Source: Nitrososphaeraceae archaeon
GTDB taxonomy: Archaea; Thermoproteota; Nitrososphaeria; Nitrososphaerales; Nitrososphaeraceae
NCBI GenBank assembly: GCA_035297365.1
Contig: DATGZA010000056.1
Location: forward strand, 1-42,934
Direction of reading: 5' to 3'
Length of the DNA stretch: 42,934 bases
The notes below the pieces were generated by a model. That model saw only the letters and a list, made by a program, of their open reading frames with translations, was not told the origin of the DNA and ran no database searches. Positions 1 through 9,507 of this stretch are shown here, in pieces. Every line of letters begins with the position of its first letter. The first letter of the stretch is position 1. A program made the position numbers and the translations under genes.

Positions 1-45
1 CCGTCTTTACCGTCTTTACCGTCTTTACCGTCTTTACCGTCTTTA
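1..45. repeat. 9-bp tandem repeat (CCGTCTTTA)x5, coding for Gly-Lys-Asp repeats on the minus strand
   Basis: Directly visible; truncated by the window start. Confidence 0.95.
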
Positions 46-743
46 TCTTCTCCGTCGGCAGCCTGACCTGCGTCAGATTGAGCAGCAGCTATTGGTGCAG
101 GAACAATAGCATCAAATGTTTCTGCTTGGAGCACGTTACCCGTTACGGTATAGGTTGCGGCAAAAGGATCGCCATTTATAGTATGCAAGGCTAGAGCATT
201 GCCTGCAAATGGCAACGATGCAGCATTTATTGGACCACTATATTGCGGTGATATTAAACTAATAGCGACTGTTCCTTCTCCTAACGGCGCTGTTGCAAGA
301 CCTCCATAGAATGAATCAACTGCAGTATTATTTGCAAAATTTTGTAATACGACTACCTCAACTGGTTTACTTGCAGTATATGTAAGAGTTCCCTCGTAAA
401 TAGATCCATCGGCTCTTGGTGGTAAGAGAATAGCTAATTGATGTGCTTCATGACCAGGAAGTGGGTCTTGTGTAGAAGTTACCGTTCCTTGTTGAGCAAA
501 TGAACCACCCGTCTCTACAGATGATGCTTTTGGCTCTGGTGTGGCAGAAACAGCGGCGCCTTCCGTTGCATTAGCAGTGCCTTCCGTTGCATTAGCAGTG
601 CCTTCTGTTGCACTAATAGATTCAATTTCACTCTCTTGTGCAAGTACAGTTGTAAAAGAATATCCCGCTATTTGTAGACTTATAACTAAAAGTCCTAGAA
701 TAAATCCGGTCAGCATACTTGTATATGCTAATTTTTTCGACAT
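1..743 (-). CDS. Secreted/surface protein (3' end outside window) with signal peptide, ATEGTAN repeats, a QDPLPGHEAHQLAILLPP domain and a (GKD)n collagen-like tail
   Basis: Hand translation from ATG at 743: MSKKLAYTSMLTGFILGLLVISLQIAGYSFTTVLAQE... The frame stays open to the window edge and ends ...DGEDKDGKDGKDGK. Absent from the ORF track because it has no stop in the window. Confidence 0.85.
   Translation of the reverse strand, partial: MSKKLAYTSMLTGFILGLLVISLQIAGYSFTTVLAQESEIESISATEGTANATEGTANATEGAAVSATPEPKASSVETGGSFAQQGTVTSTQDPLPGHEAHQLAILLPPRADGSIYEGTLTYTASKPVEVVVLQNFANNTAVDSFYGGLATAPLGEGTVAISLISPQYSGPINAASLPFAGNALALHTINGDPFAATYTVTGNVLQAETFDAIVPAPIAAAQSDAGQAADGEDKDGKDGKDGKDGKD
558..612. 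repeat. 21-bp tandem repeat (GCCTTCCGTTGCATTAGCAGT), about 2.6 copies, coding for ATEGTAN
   Basis: Copies at 558-578, 579-599 and a partial copy at 600-612. Confidence 0.9.
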
Positions 744-944
744 GAGTAGAAGCTTGGATATACAGAATTTAAAGCTTTCTTCAGTAAAATTCTTCATATG
801 AAAAAATATAGCCAATAAGAATACTGACTGATGGATAATAGAAATTGATTCATCTCGTCAGAAAAATTTGAAGTCGTAGGCATTAAATATATAAACCAAA
901 AAAATTTATAATTTTTGATTTTATCTCTATATTGAAAAAGAAAA

Positions 945-1121
945 TTAGATATGTTTTTCTACTGCTTCAATATGACATTCATGTCCCCTATGTTCTTTAT
1001 TTAAAATAGACATTTCTTCTTCTGTAATAGGAAATCTTTCGGCATCGAGGTGAGATTGACCCTCCTTTTCTAATATTATTTTGTCACATTGATCACAGAT
1101 TAATTGTAAAAATATCTTCAT
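945..1121 (-). CDS. Small putative metal-binding protein (CxxC...HxxHxCH), 58 aa
   Basis: MKIFLQLICDQCDKII...EHRGHECHIEAVEKHI; ATG at 1121 preferred over the upstream start in the ORF track. Confidence 0.75.
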   Translation of the reverse strand: MKIFLQLICDQCDKIILEKEGQSHLDAERFPITEEEMSILNKEHRGHECHIEAVEKHI

Positions 1122-1200
1122 AGTAAAAATATTAAAAATATACAATATAATAGTTATTAAAAAAAATAATTTTTATTACTTTAACAAATTTATTTTGTTG

Positions 1201-1347
1201 ATGGACAGTAAAACTTGCGGCTATTGTGGAAAATTATTTTTTGATCTGGGGTGGCCTCATATTGAAGGAGACTCAAATAGAGGAGTCCTTAAAATCGAAC
1301 ATTTTTGTTCGCAAGAACATAAAGATCTTTTTTTAGGCGCTAAATAA
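1201..1347 (+). CDS. 48-aa TRASH/YHS-like metal-binding microprotein
   Basis: Hand translation MDSKTCGYCGKLFFDLGWPHIEGDSNRGVLKIEHFCSQEHKDLFLGAK; CxxC...FCSxxH pattern. Confidence 0.7.
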   Translation: MDSKTCGYCGKLFFDLGWPHIEGDSNRGVLKIEHFCSQEHKDLFLGAK

Positions 1348-1406
1348 TAGCACTAGAATTTATAAAAAATACATAATACACAAATTAAAGTGTGATATGA
1401 ATATAA

Positions 1407-1694
1407 TTAGACTACCCTTCTAATGAGGGATCGGATTTTTCCTATTATATTATCTTTGATTTTACTTTCTCCTGTGCGTTCAAAGCATTCTTTACATAAT
1501 GCTTTAAGATTTGCAGGACGATTATCTTTTAAAGAACCGTTAATGTGATAAAAAAATGGTGTATCTTTATTATTAAATTTTTTCGAACAGGCTTGACAGC
1601 GATGTTTGGCTCTTTCTAAAACTGTTTGTTTTATTCCCAAGTTTATCTTTTCTATTTTTTTCTTATTACCACTACCCGAATTAGTATTGAACAT
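1407..1694 (-). CDS. HNH-endonuclease-like zinc-binding protein (degenerate motif)
   Basis: ERAKHRCQAC...YHING..DN...NL..LCKECF resembles the HNH consensus. Confidence 0.7.
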   Translation of the reverse strand: MFNTNSGSGNKKKIEKINLGIKQTVLERAKHRCQACSKKFNNKDTPFFYHINGSLKDNRPANLKALCKECFERTGESKIKDNIIGKIRSLIRRVV

Positions 1695-1779
1695 TTGAAT
1701 ATAATAATAGAGTATTTATTGTTAGAATTTATTCTTTCTCCCTTTAGTCAAGGTTATTTTTTTCAGACAAAATTAAAAA

Positions 1780-2157
1780 TCAAGAGATTATTATTTTTCC
1801 GTTCATTGTAGATGGATGTAAAGAGCAATAATATTCAAAAGTTCCATTAATCTTGGAAGCAATTGCAGTTACGAAATCCTGACCCGATGATAGAAATGAT
1901 GTGTTGATCCCCAATTCATCAACAATAAAGTCATGTTTTACAAAATCTTTGTTAACAATAGTCAGTTTTTGAGGATGTCCTAAATGAACATTTATGGTTG
2001 GGTTGGTATTGTTAAACAAATTGTTTTCGGCTATAAGCAACATTCCATCAGTTGATGTGATGGAACTAGTATCTGGATATAATAGATTTCCAATTCCCCA
2101 TAGACTACCTACAACTATAAAACATATGACAATTATAGCTATTAAATTATTCAACAA
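1780..2157 (-). CDS. Membrane-anchored/secreted cupredoxin (type-1 blue copper) protein
   Basis: N-terminal hydrophobic segment; HDF...YYCSLHPSTM supplies His/Cys/His/Met ligands. Confidence 0.85.
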   Translation of the reverse strand: MLNNLIAIIVICFIVVGSLWGIGNLLYPDTSSITSTDGMLLIAENNLFNNTNPTINVHLGHPQKLTIVNKDFVKHDFIVDELGINTSFLSSGQDFVTAIASKINGTFEYYCSLHPSTMNGKIIIS

Positions 2158-2245
2158 TGTGGTTTGGCCTTTTATTTATACTACGTTAATATAAATCAGA
2201 TAACTCGATATTAAAAGAGAGGCAATCGCAATAATAATACCCATT

Positions 2246-3082
2246 TTATGTTCCATATTTTACTCCACTTGAAACAATCGATCTTATGCATTCAAGAGCT
2301 GACAATATCGCTAAGTAACTAGTTCGTGGATTTTTAGAACTAGGAATATTCTTTACCATGATTATCAATTCTCCGAATTTGCCTGTTACTTTTATTTCGT
2401 GTTTATTAATTCGAATAGATGGATCTACTACGATGTTAACTTTGGTTTTTTCAACGCCTAAACCTACTAGCCCCAAAAGTGCGGCTACGTTGACATTAGT
2501 GGGAAAATACTTGACAGCTTCAACTGCAGAACCTTCAAAAATAATAGTCCTTTTTTTTAATGAATCCAAATCTATTTGCGATGTTTGAAAAAATGGAGCC
2601 CCCCGAAGTGATTCTGGATTTTTGGTTGTCGTCAGGGTTACTGAACTAATAAAATTCCTTGTGCTTTTTATAGCATCAATTCCTGCTATAGCTCCGGATG
2701 GGACATAAATATTGTTTTCGTATTTCGCAACATATTTGAGTATATCCGCATAAAAATTAGAATCAGCAAAAGATCCCACACTCATAACCAAAATATCTTT
2801 TCGTTCAGATAAAATTTTTCTAATGTATGCTTTAACAGCTTCTTGTGATGCCGATTCTATCACTAGGTCCACTTCTTTAAAGGATTTGGAATTGACATAA
2901 TCTAAAAAATTACCATAGAGTTCTGGAGAATTATTTTTTAGGATAGAGCGTAAATTTTCGGCATATTCTAAATTTAGATCAAATAGAGAAGATATTTTTA
3001 CCTTGTCAACTAACTCTGAATCAATTGAAAGGGCCAATTCACTTCCAATTGCACCGCAACCAATTATCGAAATTTTTTTCAT
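2246..3082 (-). CDS. nadX: L-aspartate dehydrogenase
   Basis: GCGAIG Rossmann motif, PSGAIAGID, FPTNVNVAA and NPRTSYLA; adjacent to nadA. Confidence 0.92.
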   Translation of the reverse strand: MKKISIIGCGAIGSELALSIDSELVDKVKISSLFDLNLEYAENLRSILKNNSPELYGNFLDYVNSKSFKEVDLVIESASQEAVKAYIRKILSERKDILVMSVGSFADSNFYADILKYVAKYENNIYVPSGAIAGIDAIKSTRNFISSVTLTTTKNPESLRGAPFFQTSQIDLDSLKKRTIIFEGSAVEAVKYFPTNVNVAALLGLVGLGVEKTKVNIVVDPSIRINKHEIKVTGKFGELIIMVKNIPSSKNPRTSYLAILSALECIRSIVSSGVKYGT

Positions 3083-3291
3083 TAGTATATTTCTAATGTA
3101 TTTGTAAAGTAAATTAATAGATTTCTGAAAATTCTAACATTTTAATATCGTAGATCATGATTTTCGAATTACGCAATTGATTTAATGTATTCGTGTCTCA
3201 TAGCTGTATATTTATAATAAAATGCCTTTTGGTAATTATCAATAAATAAATGTGTTACCAATAAGCGACATAATATTATATTTTATGGAAA

Positions 3292-4242
3292 TCATCCAAT
3301 TGACAACATTCTCTCAATTGCCAGTCTGGCGTTGTCTGCAATTTTTCTTGGAACCTGAACTTTATATACATTATTTAATAGTGAATTATATACTTTCTCT
3401 ATCGTTATCATTTTCATGTATTTACATACAGCATCATTTTTTAATGGTATGAAATTTTTGTCTTGATTTTCTTTTTGCATTCTGTAAAGTATTCCGGTTT
3501 CTGTGGCGATGACAAATTCATTATTTGTAGAACTCCTAGCATGTTTCATCATTCCTTCTGTAGATAAAATGTAACCAGTTTTCTGAAGATCTCCCATTGC
3601 CATATGATACATCGTAGATGATGTGCAACTACATTCAGGATGTACCAAAAAGTCTGCTTGTCTATATTTTTTTAATACCGAATTGATATCATCAGATTTT
3701 ATCCCCGCGTGAACGTGACACTCTCCTGCCCAGATAAACATATTTTTTCTTTGAGTTATTTTTTCTACATATGCTCCCAAGAACATGTCAGGAAGAAACA
3801 GAATCTCTTTATCCTCAGGAATACTATTCACAACTTTAACTGCATTGGATGATGTGCAACAGTAATCTGAAAGAGCCTTAACCTCTGCGGACGTATTGAC
3901 GTAACTTACCACTACAGCGTTGGGATGTTCTTTTTTCCAATTTTCCAACTCTTTTGAGTTAATTGATGATGCTAAAGAACATCCTGCGGAAAGATCCGGA
4001 ATAAGAATAGTCTTATCTGGACAAATAATTGACGCAGTTTCTGCCATAAAATGAACACCGCAAAAAATAATTGTTGTCGCCTTTGTTTTTTCTGCTTGCC
4101 TTGAAAGCGCTAATGAATCTCCTATAAAATCAGATATATCCTGCACTTCTGGAAGTTGGTAGTTGTGTGCAAGTATTACTGCATTCCTTTCTTTCTTTAA
4201 CGAAAGTATTTCTTCAAAATACTGTTTTTTTGATAAATTCAT
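3292..4242 (-). CDS. nadA: Quinolinate synthase
   Basis: LAHNYQ, GDSLALS, CGVHFMAE, GCSLA, CHVH, HPEC and C-terminal Fe-S cysteine motifs. Confidence 0.97.
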   Translation of the reverse strand: MNLSKKQYFEEILSLKKERNAVILAHNYQLPEVQDISDFIGDSLALSRQAEKTKATTIIFCGVHFMAETASIICPDKTILIPDLSAGCSLASSINSKELENWKKEHPNAVVVSYVNTSAEVKALSDYCCTSSNAVKVVNSIPEDKEILFLPDMFLGAYVEKITQRKNMFIWAGECHVHAGIKSDDINSVLKKYRQADFLVHPECSCTSSTMYHMAMGDLQKTGYILSTEGMMKHARSSTNNEFVIATETGILYRMQKENQDKNFIPLKNDAVCKYMKMITIEKVYNSLLNNVYKVQVPRKIADNARLAIERMLSIG

Positions 4243-4391
4243 TTACTTTAGTATGAGAAGGTATATGAAAATGATCATTTAAAGTAGTACTATCTAGGAT
4301 AACCTTGCCTCAAGAACGCTAACAACATACAAAGATTGCCACTTTACTTGTAATACATTTATTAAGAGATACTGAATATTTAAAGACAGAA

Positions 4392-4571
4392 ATGCCAACT
4401 CACGGATCGCTTACTAAAGCAGGAAAAGTTAAAGGTCAAACGCCAAAGGTTCAAGCAAAGGAGAGATCTAGTCCTATTTCAAAGGTAAGGAACAAGGATA
4501 ATTTCATAAAAAGGTTTGAGAAAAGAATTCCACCTGGACAGAAGAAACCAGAGCGAATGAGAAGAAGATAA
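4392..4571 (+). CDS. rps30e: 30S ribosomal protein S30e, 59 aa
   Basis: Hand translation [24 protein letters not shown]...; HGSLxxAGKV..QTPKV is the eS30 signature. Below the ORF-track length cut-off. Confidence 0.95.
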   Translation: MPTHGSLTKAGKVKGQTPKVQAKERSSPISKVRNKDNFIKRFEKRIPPGQKKPERMRRR

Positions 4572-4603
4572 CCCTACCTGTATGATTTTATAAAGTTTAA
4601 TTT

Positions 4604-5473
4604 CTAATTTACAATTTTTAAGCTAAAATCCAAGGCAGGAGAAGAATGCGTCAATTGGCCTATCGAGATGATGTCAGGTCTAGAAATAGCATACTTTGAA
4701 ATATTTTCTAATGTTATCCCTCCCGACACTTCTATCTTGACCTTGTCTCTGAGACCCAATTTAGCAATTTTTAAGATTGTTTTCTTAACATTTGAAGGAG
4801 AAAAGTTGTCTAACATTATTATATTAGCACCTGAATCTATTGCTTCTAAAGCTCCAGATAGGTTCATTACTTCGCACTCTATTTGAATTGATGAGCCTAC
4901 TCTTTTTTTAATAAACGGTATCAGTTTTGATATAGACTTTTCAATTTGAAGATGGTTATCTTTTATCAGTACCATATCATCAAGTCTTAAACGATGAGTT
5001 GTTCCTCCTCCTACGAGAACAGCCTTTTTATCAAAGATTCTTAAACCAGGTGCAGTCTTTCTAGTAGCAGCTATCAATATTGAAGTGTCTATTTTGCTTG
5101 TTATATCTATAAATTTTCTAGTATTAGTTGCGATTCCGCTCATTCGCATAAGTAGATTTAATGCAGTTCTTTCAACCTTTAAAATATTGTTTGCCTTGCC
5201 TTTGATCTCCATGACTTGCATTTTTGAAGAGAGTTTCATTCCGTCTTTTGCCATACATTTTGTATCACAACCGAACATCTGAAATAGAATTTCGCTTTCT
5301 TCTATCCCACAAAGGATTCCAGGTTTTTTAGACTTATAGGTTATTACTGCAGAAACTACTTTATCTTTAAATCTTAGATTTTCACTGGTAATGTCTCCTG
5401 TGCCAAGATCCTCCTGTATAAAATTTTCCAGGATTTTCCTTAATTCTAAATAATTATATAATTTTCTGGTCAA
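4604..5473 (-). CDS. nadC: Nicotinate-nucleotide diphosphorylase (carboxylating)
   Basis: EDLGTGDITS, ATRKTAPG, HRLRLDD..LIKDNH, IMLDNF and EVSGGIT motifs; start overlaps the spt4 stop. Confidence 0.97.
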   Translation of the reverse strand: MTRKLYNYLELRKILENFIQEDLGTGDITSENLRFKDKVVSAVITYKSKKPGILCGIEESEILFQMFGCDTKCMAKDGMKLSSKMQVMEIKGKANNILKVERTALNLLMRMSGIATNTRKFIDITSKIDTSILIAATRKTAPGLRIFDKKAVLVGGGTTHRLRLDDMVLIKDNHLQIEKSISKLIPFIKKRVGSSIQIECEVMNLSGALEAIDSGANIIMLDNFSPSNVKKTILKIAKLGLRDKVKIEVSGGITLENISKYAISRPDIISIGQLTHSSPALDFSLKIVN

Positions 5474-5658
5474 GAGACTTTTAACGCATATTTGTGTGCC
5501 GTTTTTAATTCTAATGTATGAGCTATTTGAGATTTTTCAGGATCAAATATTATAATAATACCAGACCAGTCGCTTGAAAGTTCCGTTGAATTGCATACAG
5601 CGCATACCTTACCTATAGTGATGGCCTTACATTTCTTACAGGCTAGCTCTTTTGGCAT
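5470..5658 (-). CDS. spt4: Transcription elongation factor Spt4 (RpoE'')
   Basis: ACKKC...CAVC...SSDWSGIIII.DPEKSQIA...YALKV; follows rpoE'. Confidence 0.95.
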   Translation of the reverse strand: MPKELACKKCKAITIGKVCAVCNSTELSSDWSGIIIIFDPEKSQIAHTLELKTAHKYALKVS

Positions 5659-5662
5659 TTAT

Positions 5663-6259
5663 TTACTTTAAACCTCCTTTTTTCTCCTTCGTGGCTTGTT
5701 GTGCTGGTTGTTTTGTTTTTTCCACCTCTTCATTAATCCATTCAAAAGATCCTAAGAAAGGTTGTCTACATGTGATCCCTATTTTTCCCATTGAAGATCC
5801 TTTTCCTAAACTGACAGCGGTTATTCTCGCTCTCATTTTTGAGCCTATCCTTAATGATTTTGAAGACTGGTTTGCAATAATAATACCCTGTTTTATATCA
5901 CTTTTGAGATAATCATCGGTAATTTGAGATAGATGAAGTAATGCATCTGTAGGTCCTACCCTTACAAATGCACCGAAGTCTGTGATTTCAATAATCTCTC
6001 CCTCCACTATTTCTTGAATCTTTGGAAAGAAAGTCAAAGCCTTGAAGGTTACTTTATGATAGGTGGCTCCATCGCCTGTCACTAGTTTACCCACTGAATC
6101 AACTTTAGCGTCTATTATCATTATTACATAGCCTAATTCTTGACTAATCATGCTTTCGTATTTTTCTTTTAAAATACCTATTGCAGTATTTTTGAGCGAG
6201 TCAGTTAATCTATTAGGAGGAATTCTAACAATGTCAGTCATTGAAATAATATAAAACAT
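5663..6259 (-). CDS. rpoE: DNA-directed RNA polymerase subunit E' (Rpo7)
   Basis: DIVRIPP, GDGATYHKV and S1 domain (DFGAFVRVGPTDALLHLSQI). Confidence 0.96.
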   Translation of the reverse strand: MFYIISMTDIVRIPPNRLTDSLKNTAIGILKEKYESMISQELGYVIMIIDAKVDSVGKLVTGDGATYHKVTFKALTFFPKIQEIVEGEIIEITDFGAFVRVGPTDALLHLSQITDDYLKSDIKQGIIIANQSSKSLRIGSKMRARITAVSLGKGSSMGKIGITCRQPFLGSFEWINEEVEKTKQPAQQATKEKKGGLK

Positions 6260-6423
6260 TCTAGACGAATTAGGATATAATATATCAATTTATGAACTTT
6301 TTGTTTAAATAGATCGATATGAGAGGAGATAACCAAGGAACAGTAATTATAATCAAGGTCGCTGTTCCAATTTCGTTTTGTATAAATGAATATTTAAATA
6401 TTGTCGGATATTTTGTTTTCAGC

Positions 6424-7521
6424 ATGGTTACAGTTGATCAAGTTCTTACCTCATTGAAAAAAGTTGTTGACCCCGAATTACATAAAGATATAGTTTCAAT
6501 GGGAATGATCAAAGATCTGGATATTAATAATAATAAAGTATCTTTTACTCTGGAACTTACTACTCCTGCATGTCCATTTAATAGTGAAATAGAACAAGAT
6601 GTAAGAAACACTATTGCCAACTTGGGGGTGGTGGATCTAGATCTTAGAGTTACTGCCAGAGTTATGGAGGGTAGGGCAATATCATTGGACGAATTGTTGC
6701 CTGGAGTTAAGAATATTATAGCAGTCGCGAGTGGAAAAGGAGGAGTTGGGAAAACAACGGTTTCGGTAAATTTGGCATTATCTCTTGCTAAAACAGGAGC
6801 AAAGGTTGGACTTTTAGATGCTGATATCTACGGACCGAGTGTCCCATTGATGTTTGGATTAAAAGATACTCCAATGGTTGAAAAAAATAAGATTCAGCCA
6901 CCAATCGCAGATGGCGTAAAGATAATTTCTATGGGTTTTTTCTACGAACAATCTCAACAGGCTGGAATTTACCGCGGACCGATAATTTCGGGAATAATTA
7001 AACAATTCCTAACTGATGTTAATTGGGGAGATCTAGATTATCTCATCATCGACCTTCCTCCAGGTACTGGAGATGCTCCATTAACTATAGCACAAACCAT
7101 TCCAATAACTGGAATATTGGTGGTTACAACTCCACAAGATATAGCAATGAATGTTGCAGTGAAAGCAATTGGTATGTTCAACAAATTAAATGTTCCAATT
7201 ATTGGAGTGGTAGAAAATATGAGTTATCTGCAATGTCCTCATTGCAAATCTGACATTCATATTTTTGGTACAGGGGGGGGCCTAAAAATAAGTGAACAAT
7301 TCAACATACCGTACCTAGGAGAAATTCCATTGCATCCTCAGATTATGCAAGGAAGTGATACAGGAAAACCAACTGTTATCTCAGAACCTGAATCTTCACA
7401 AAGTCAAGCATTTCTAAAGATAGCCAAATCAGTAGCAGGTAGAATCAGTGTGTTAGCTGCAGAATTGAATAGTCGAGAACAATCTGAACAAGAAACTAAG
7501 AATGAACCTAGTAATTCATAA
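6424..7521 (+). CDS. mrp: Mrp/NBP35 (ApbC) Fe-S cluster carrier ATPase with N-terminal DUF59-like domain
   Basis: DPEL..DIV, LTTPACP, SGKGGVGKT, DADIYGPS, DLPPGTGD, ENMS..CPHC; ATG at 6424 is the likely start. Confidence 0.93.
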   Translation: MVTVDQVLTSLKKVVDPELHKDIVSMGMIKDLDINNNKVSFTLELTTPACPFNSEIEQDVRNTIANLGVVDLDLRVTARVMEGRAISLDELLPGVKNIIAVASGKGGVGKTTVSVNLALSLAKTGAKVGLLDADIYGPSVPLMFGLKDTPMVEKNKIQPPIADGVKIISMGFFYEQSQQAGIYRGPIISGIIKQFLTDVNWGDLDYLIIDLPPGTGDAPLTIAQTIPITGILVVTTPQDIAMNVAVKAIGMFNKLNVPIIGVVENMSYLQCPHCKSDIHIFGTGGGLKISEQFNIPYLGEIPLHPQIMQGSDTGKPTVISEPESSQSQAFLKIAKSVAGRISVLAAELNSREQSEQETKNEPSNS

Positions 7522-7535
7522 AAATAAGTTAAAAA

Positions 7536-8081
7536 ATGCCAGTAAAAGAAAAACATTTAAGTATTTTAAAAAAGCCATTTGGAGATCTAATAAGAAAGGA
7601 AAACATCACTAAAGAGAGTATAATAAAGATAATTAACAGCTATAAGGACGACAACCAGACAAGCATAGTTACTGTTGGTGATGCAACCACGGAAAGAATC
7701 TTATCATTTGGTATTTATCCGAAAATAGCAATAATTGATGGCGTAGAAAGAAGAATAAGGAGACCAGAACTAAAGAATTCAGAAATAATAAAAGCTTATT
7801 CAAATAATAATAAAATAAAATTTTATAAATGTACTAACAGACAGGGAACTATCTCAAAAGAAGCCTATGATATAATAAAAAAAATAATCGAGAGGAATGA
7901 AGATGCAATGGTGTTTGTAGATGGAGAAGAGGATTTGCTAGCGCTACCAGTTTTTGCATTGGCTCGAGACCAATCGGTGGTTCTTTATGGACAACCATTA
8001 GAAGGAATAGTCGTAGTAAAGATAGATAACAAATTAAAGAAAAAAGCGCAAGACTTGTTAGATAGTATTGGATTTAGTTAA
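7536..8081 (+). CDS. GTP-dependent dephospho-CoA kinase (DUF359 family)
   Basis: LKKPFG, TVGDATT, VDGEEDLLALP and YGQP.EG motifs. Confidence 0.88.
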   Translation: MPVKEKHLSILKKPFGDLIRKENITKESIIKIINSYKDDNQTSIVTVGDATTERILSFGIYPKIAIIDGVERRIRRPELKNSEIIKAYSNNNKIKFYKCTNRQGTISKEAYDIIKKIIERNEDAMVFVDGEEDLLALPVFALARDQSVVLYGQPLEGIVVVKIDNKLKKKAQDLLDSIGFS

Positions 8082-8442
8082 AGTGCAGGGAATGATGATG
8101 TGGTGGCTGTATGAATAAAAACTACATGATTAAAGATACCATTTTCTGACCCTTTAAGGAAATAAATATTAGTCATATAAAAAAAATTAAACAGCATCGA
8201 ATTTTTTATTTATCACATCCACAACCATCTAGCTCATTTTCACTAACCGAAATGTTATACAATTTCATACATTTGGAACAGAGACTATAACCGGAAAGCG
8301 CTTTAGAATTACAGAAGGAACAGGTATTTACTGTTTCATTACGCATATGTTATGTTATGTTATCTTTTTAATTAATTTTATCATCCTCATACGAATCAGC
8401 AACTAAAAAATACATGGTATATTAAGTGAAATTGATAAGTTG

Positions 8443-8592
8443 CTATTTAGATTGATAATGACATGTACAATGGCATTTAGTCATTTTTATATCAAATGAA
8501 CAGTCATGATTTGGACCACATATTTCTTCGACCGGCATCTCTAATGGACAGTCGGAATGTCTCTCTCTTTTGCAAAAAAAAGAAATCACCAT
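8443..8592 (-). CDS. 49-aa Cys/His-rich microprotein (CxCxCH C-terminus)
   Basis: Hand translation MVISFFCKRERHSDCPLEMPVEEICGPNHDCSFDIKMTKCHCTCHYQSK. Confidence 0.7.
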   Translation of the reverse strand: MVISFFCKRERHSDCPLEMPVEEICGPNHDCSFDIKMTKCHCTCHYQSK

Positions 8593-8831
8593 ACCTATTA
8601 GATAAAATCAGTAAAACTTATTTTAAGTATTCTGCTCTTGGTGCTTGATTCCTGAATTTATTACGCACTTAAATTTTTTCATAAAATAAATATATTGTAT
8701 AATAACAGACATCATCAATCAAGAATATCAACACTGTCGAAAATCAAGATACAAAAAATCTCTAATACACATCCAATGATAAAGTCAATTTGTGAGGAAA
8801 TTTATAAATAATAAATTTCTGAAATAATTAA

Positions 8832-9095
8832 TCATATATCAATATTGAATAACTGCGGTGCATAAATTGACCCTTCCCTGACTCTTTTTACTTTGGCAAC
8901 TGACAAATAATGTGGCCAGATGGTAATCATTATGGAACCTTGTGGCACGCCTTCAGGAACCTCAATAAGCTCAATATCTTGCAAGACGACGCCGCAATCA
9001 TCGACTAACTTGGATTTGGCTACTTCTATCAATTCTTTGGGCATTCCACTGCTGTAAAGATACACTTTACCAGAATATTCTATTCTGTGTTCCAT
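8832..9095 (-). CDS. Hypothetical protein, 87 aa
   Basis: Clean ATG ORF with globular composition and higher GC than the flanks. Confidence 0.75.
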   Translation of the reverse strand: MEHRIEYSGKVYLYSSGMPKELIEVAKSKLVDDCGVVLQDIELIEVPEGVPQGSIMITIWPHYLSVAKVKRVREGSIYAPQLFNIDI

Positions 9096-9207
9096 CTACT
9101 AATAATGAAAGAGATGGATTATAAAATGTAATTGGAGCTTCAATATAGAAGCCTCACTTTAAGAATAGATAGTATTTCAAATAATCACTACCACTGGCAA
9201 GTAGAAA

Positions 9208-9378
9208 TTATAACTCATCAATATGATATTTAGACATACAGCCTCTACATTCATAGATTTCATCCCCCACTGGGCCGGAAACATTAAATCTTACTATAGT
9301 TGTGCATTTTGGACAACGTCCTTCAACGCTTCTAGTCTTCCGTTGAGGCTTAATGGTGCGCCTTTTTCTACTTCCCAT
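9208..9378 (-). CDS. 56-aa zinc-ribbon microprotein with basic N-terminus
   Basis: Hand translation MGSRKRRTIKPQRKTRSVEGRCPKCTTIVRFNVSGPVGDEIYECRGCMSKYHIDEL; CPKC...CRGC. Confidence 0.8.
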   Translation of the reverse strand: MGSRKRRTIKPQRKTRSVEGRCPKCTTIVRFNVSGPVGDEIYECRGCMSKYHIDEL

Positions 9379-9507
9379 CTTATAATCTTACTAGAACTTT
9401 ACTATTACTCTCTTTTATAAACTTCGTTAAGATCAATTGCAAATAGTAAGAAAAATCTCTAAAATTGCTATCAGTTAGATTATAAAGCCGAAAATATAAA
9501 ATTATTT

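Noticed and set aside
541-801. + strand 86-aa ORF with PSVALAV repeats
   Set aside because: Antisense shadow of the secreted protein on the minus strand.
9223-9420. + strand 65-aa ORF
   Set aside because: Shadow of the minus-strand zinc-ribbon gene at 9208-9378.
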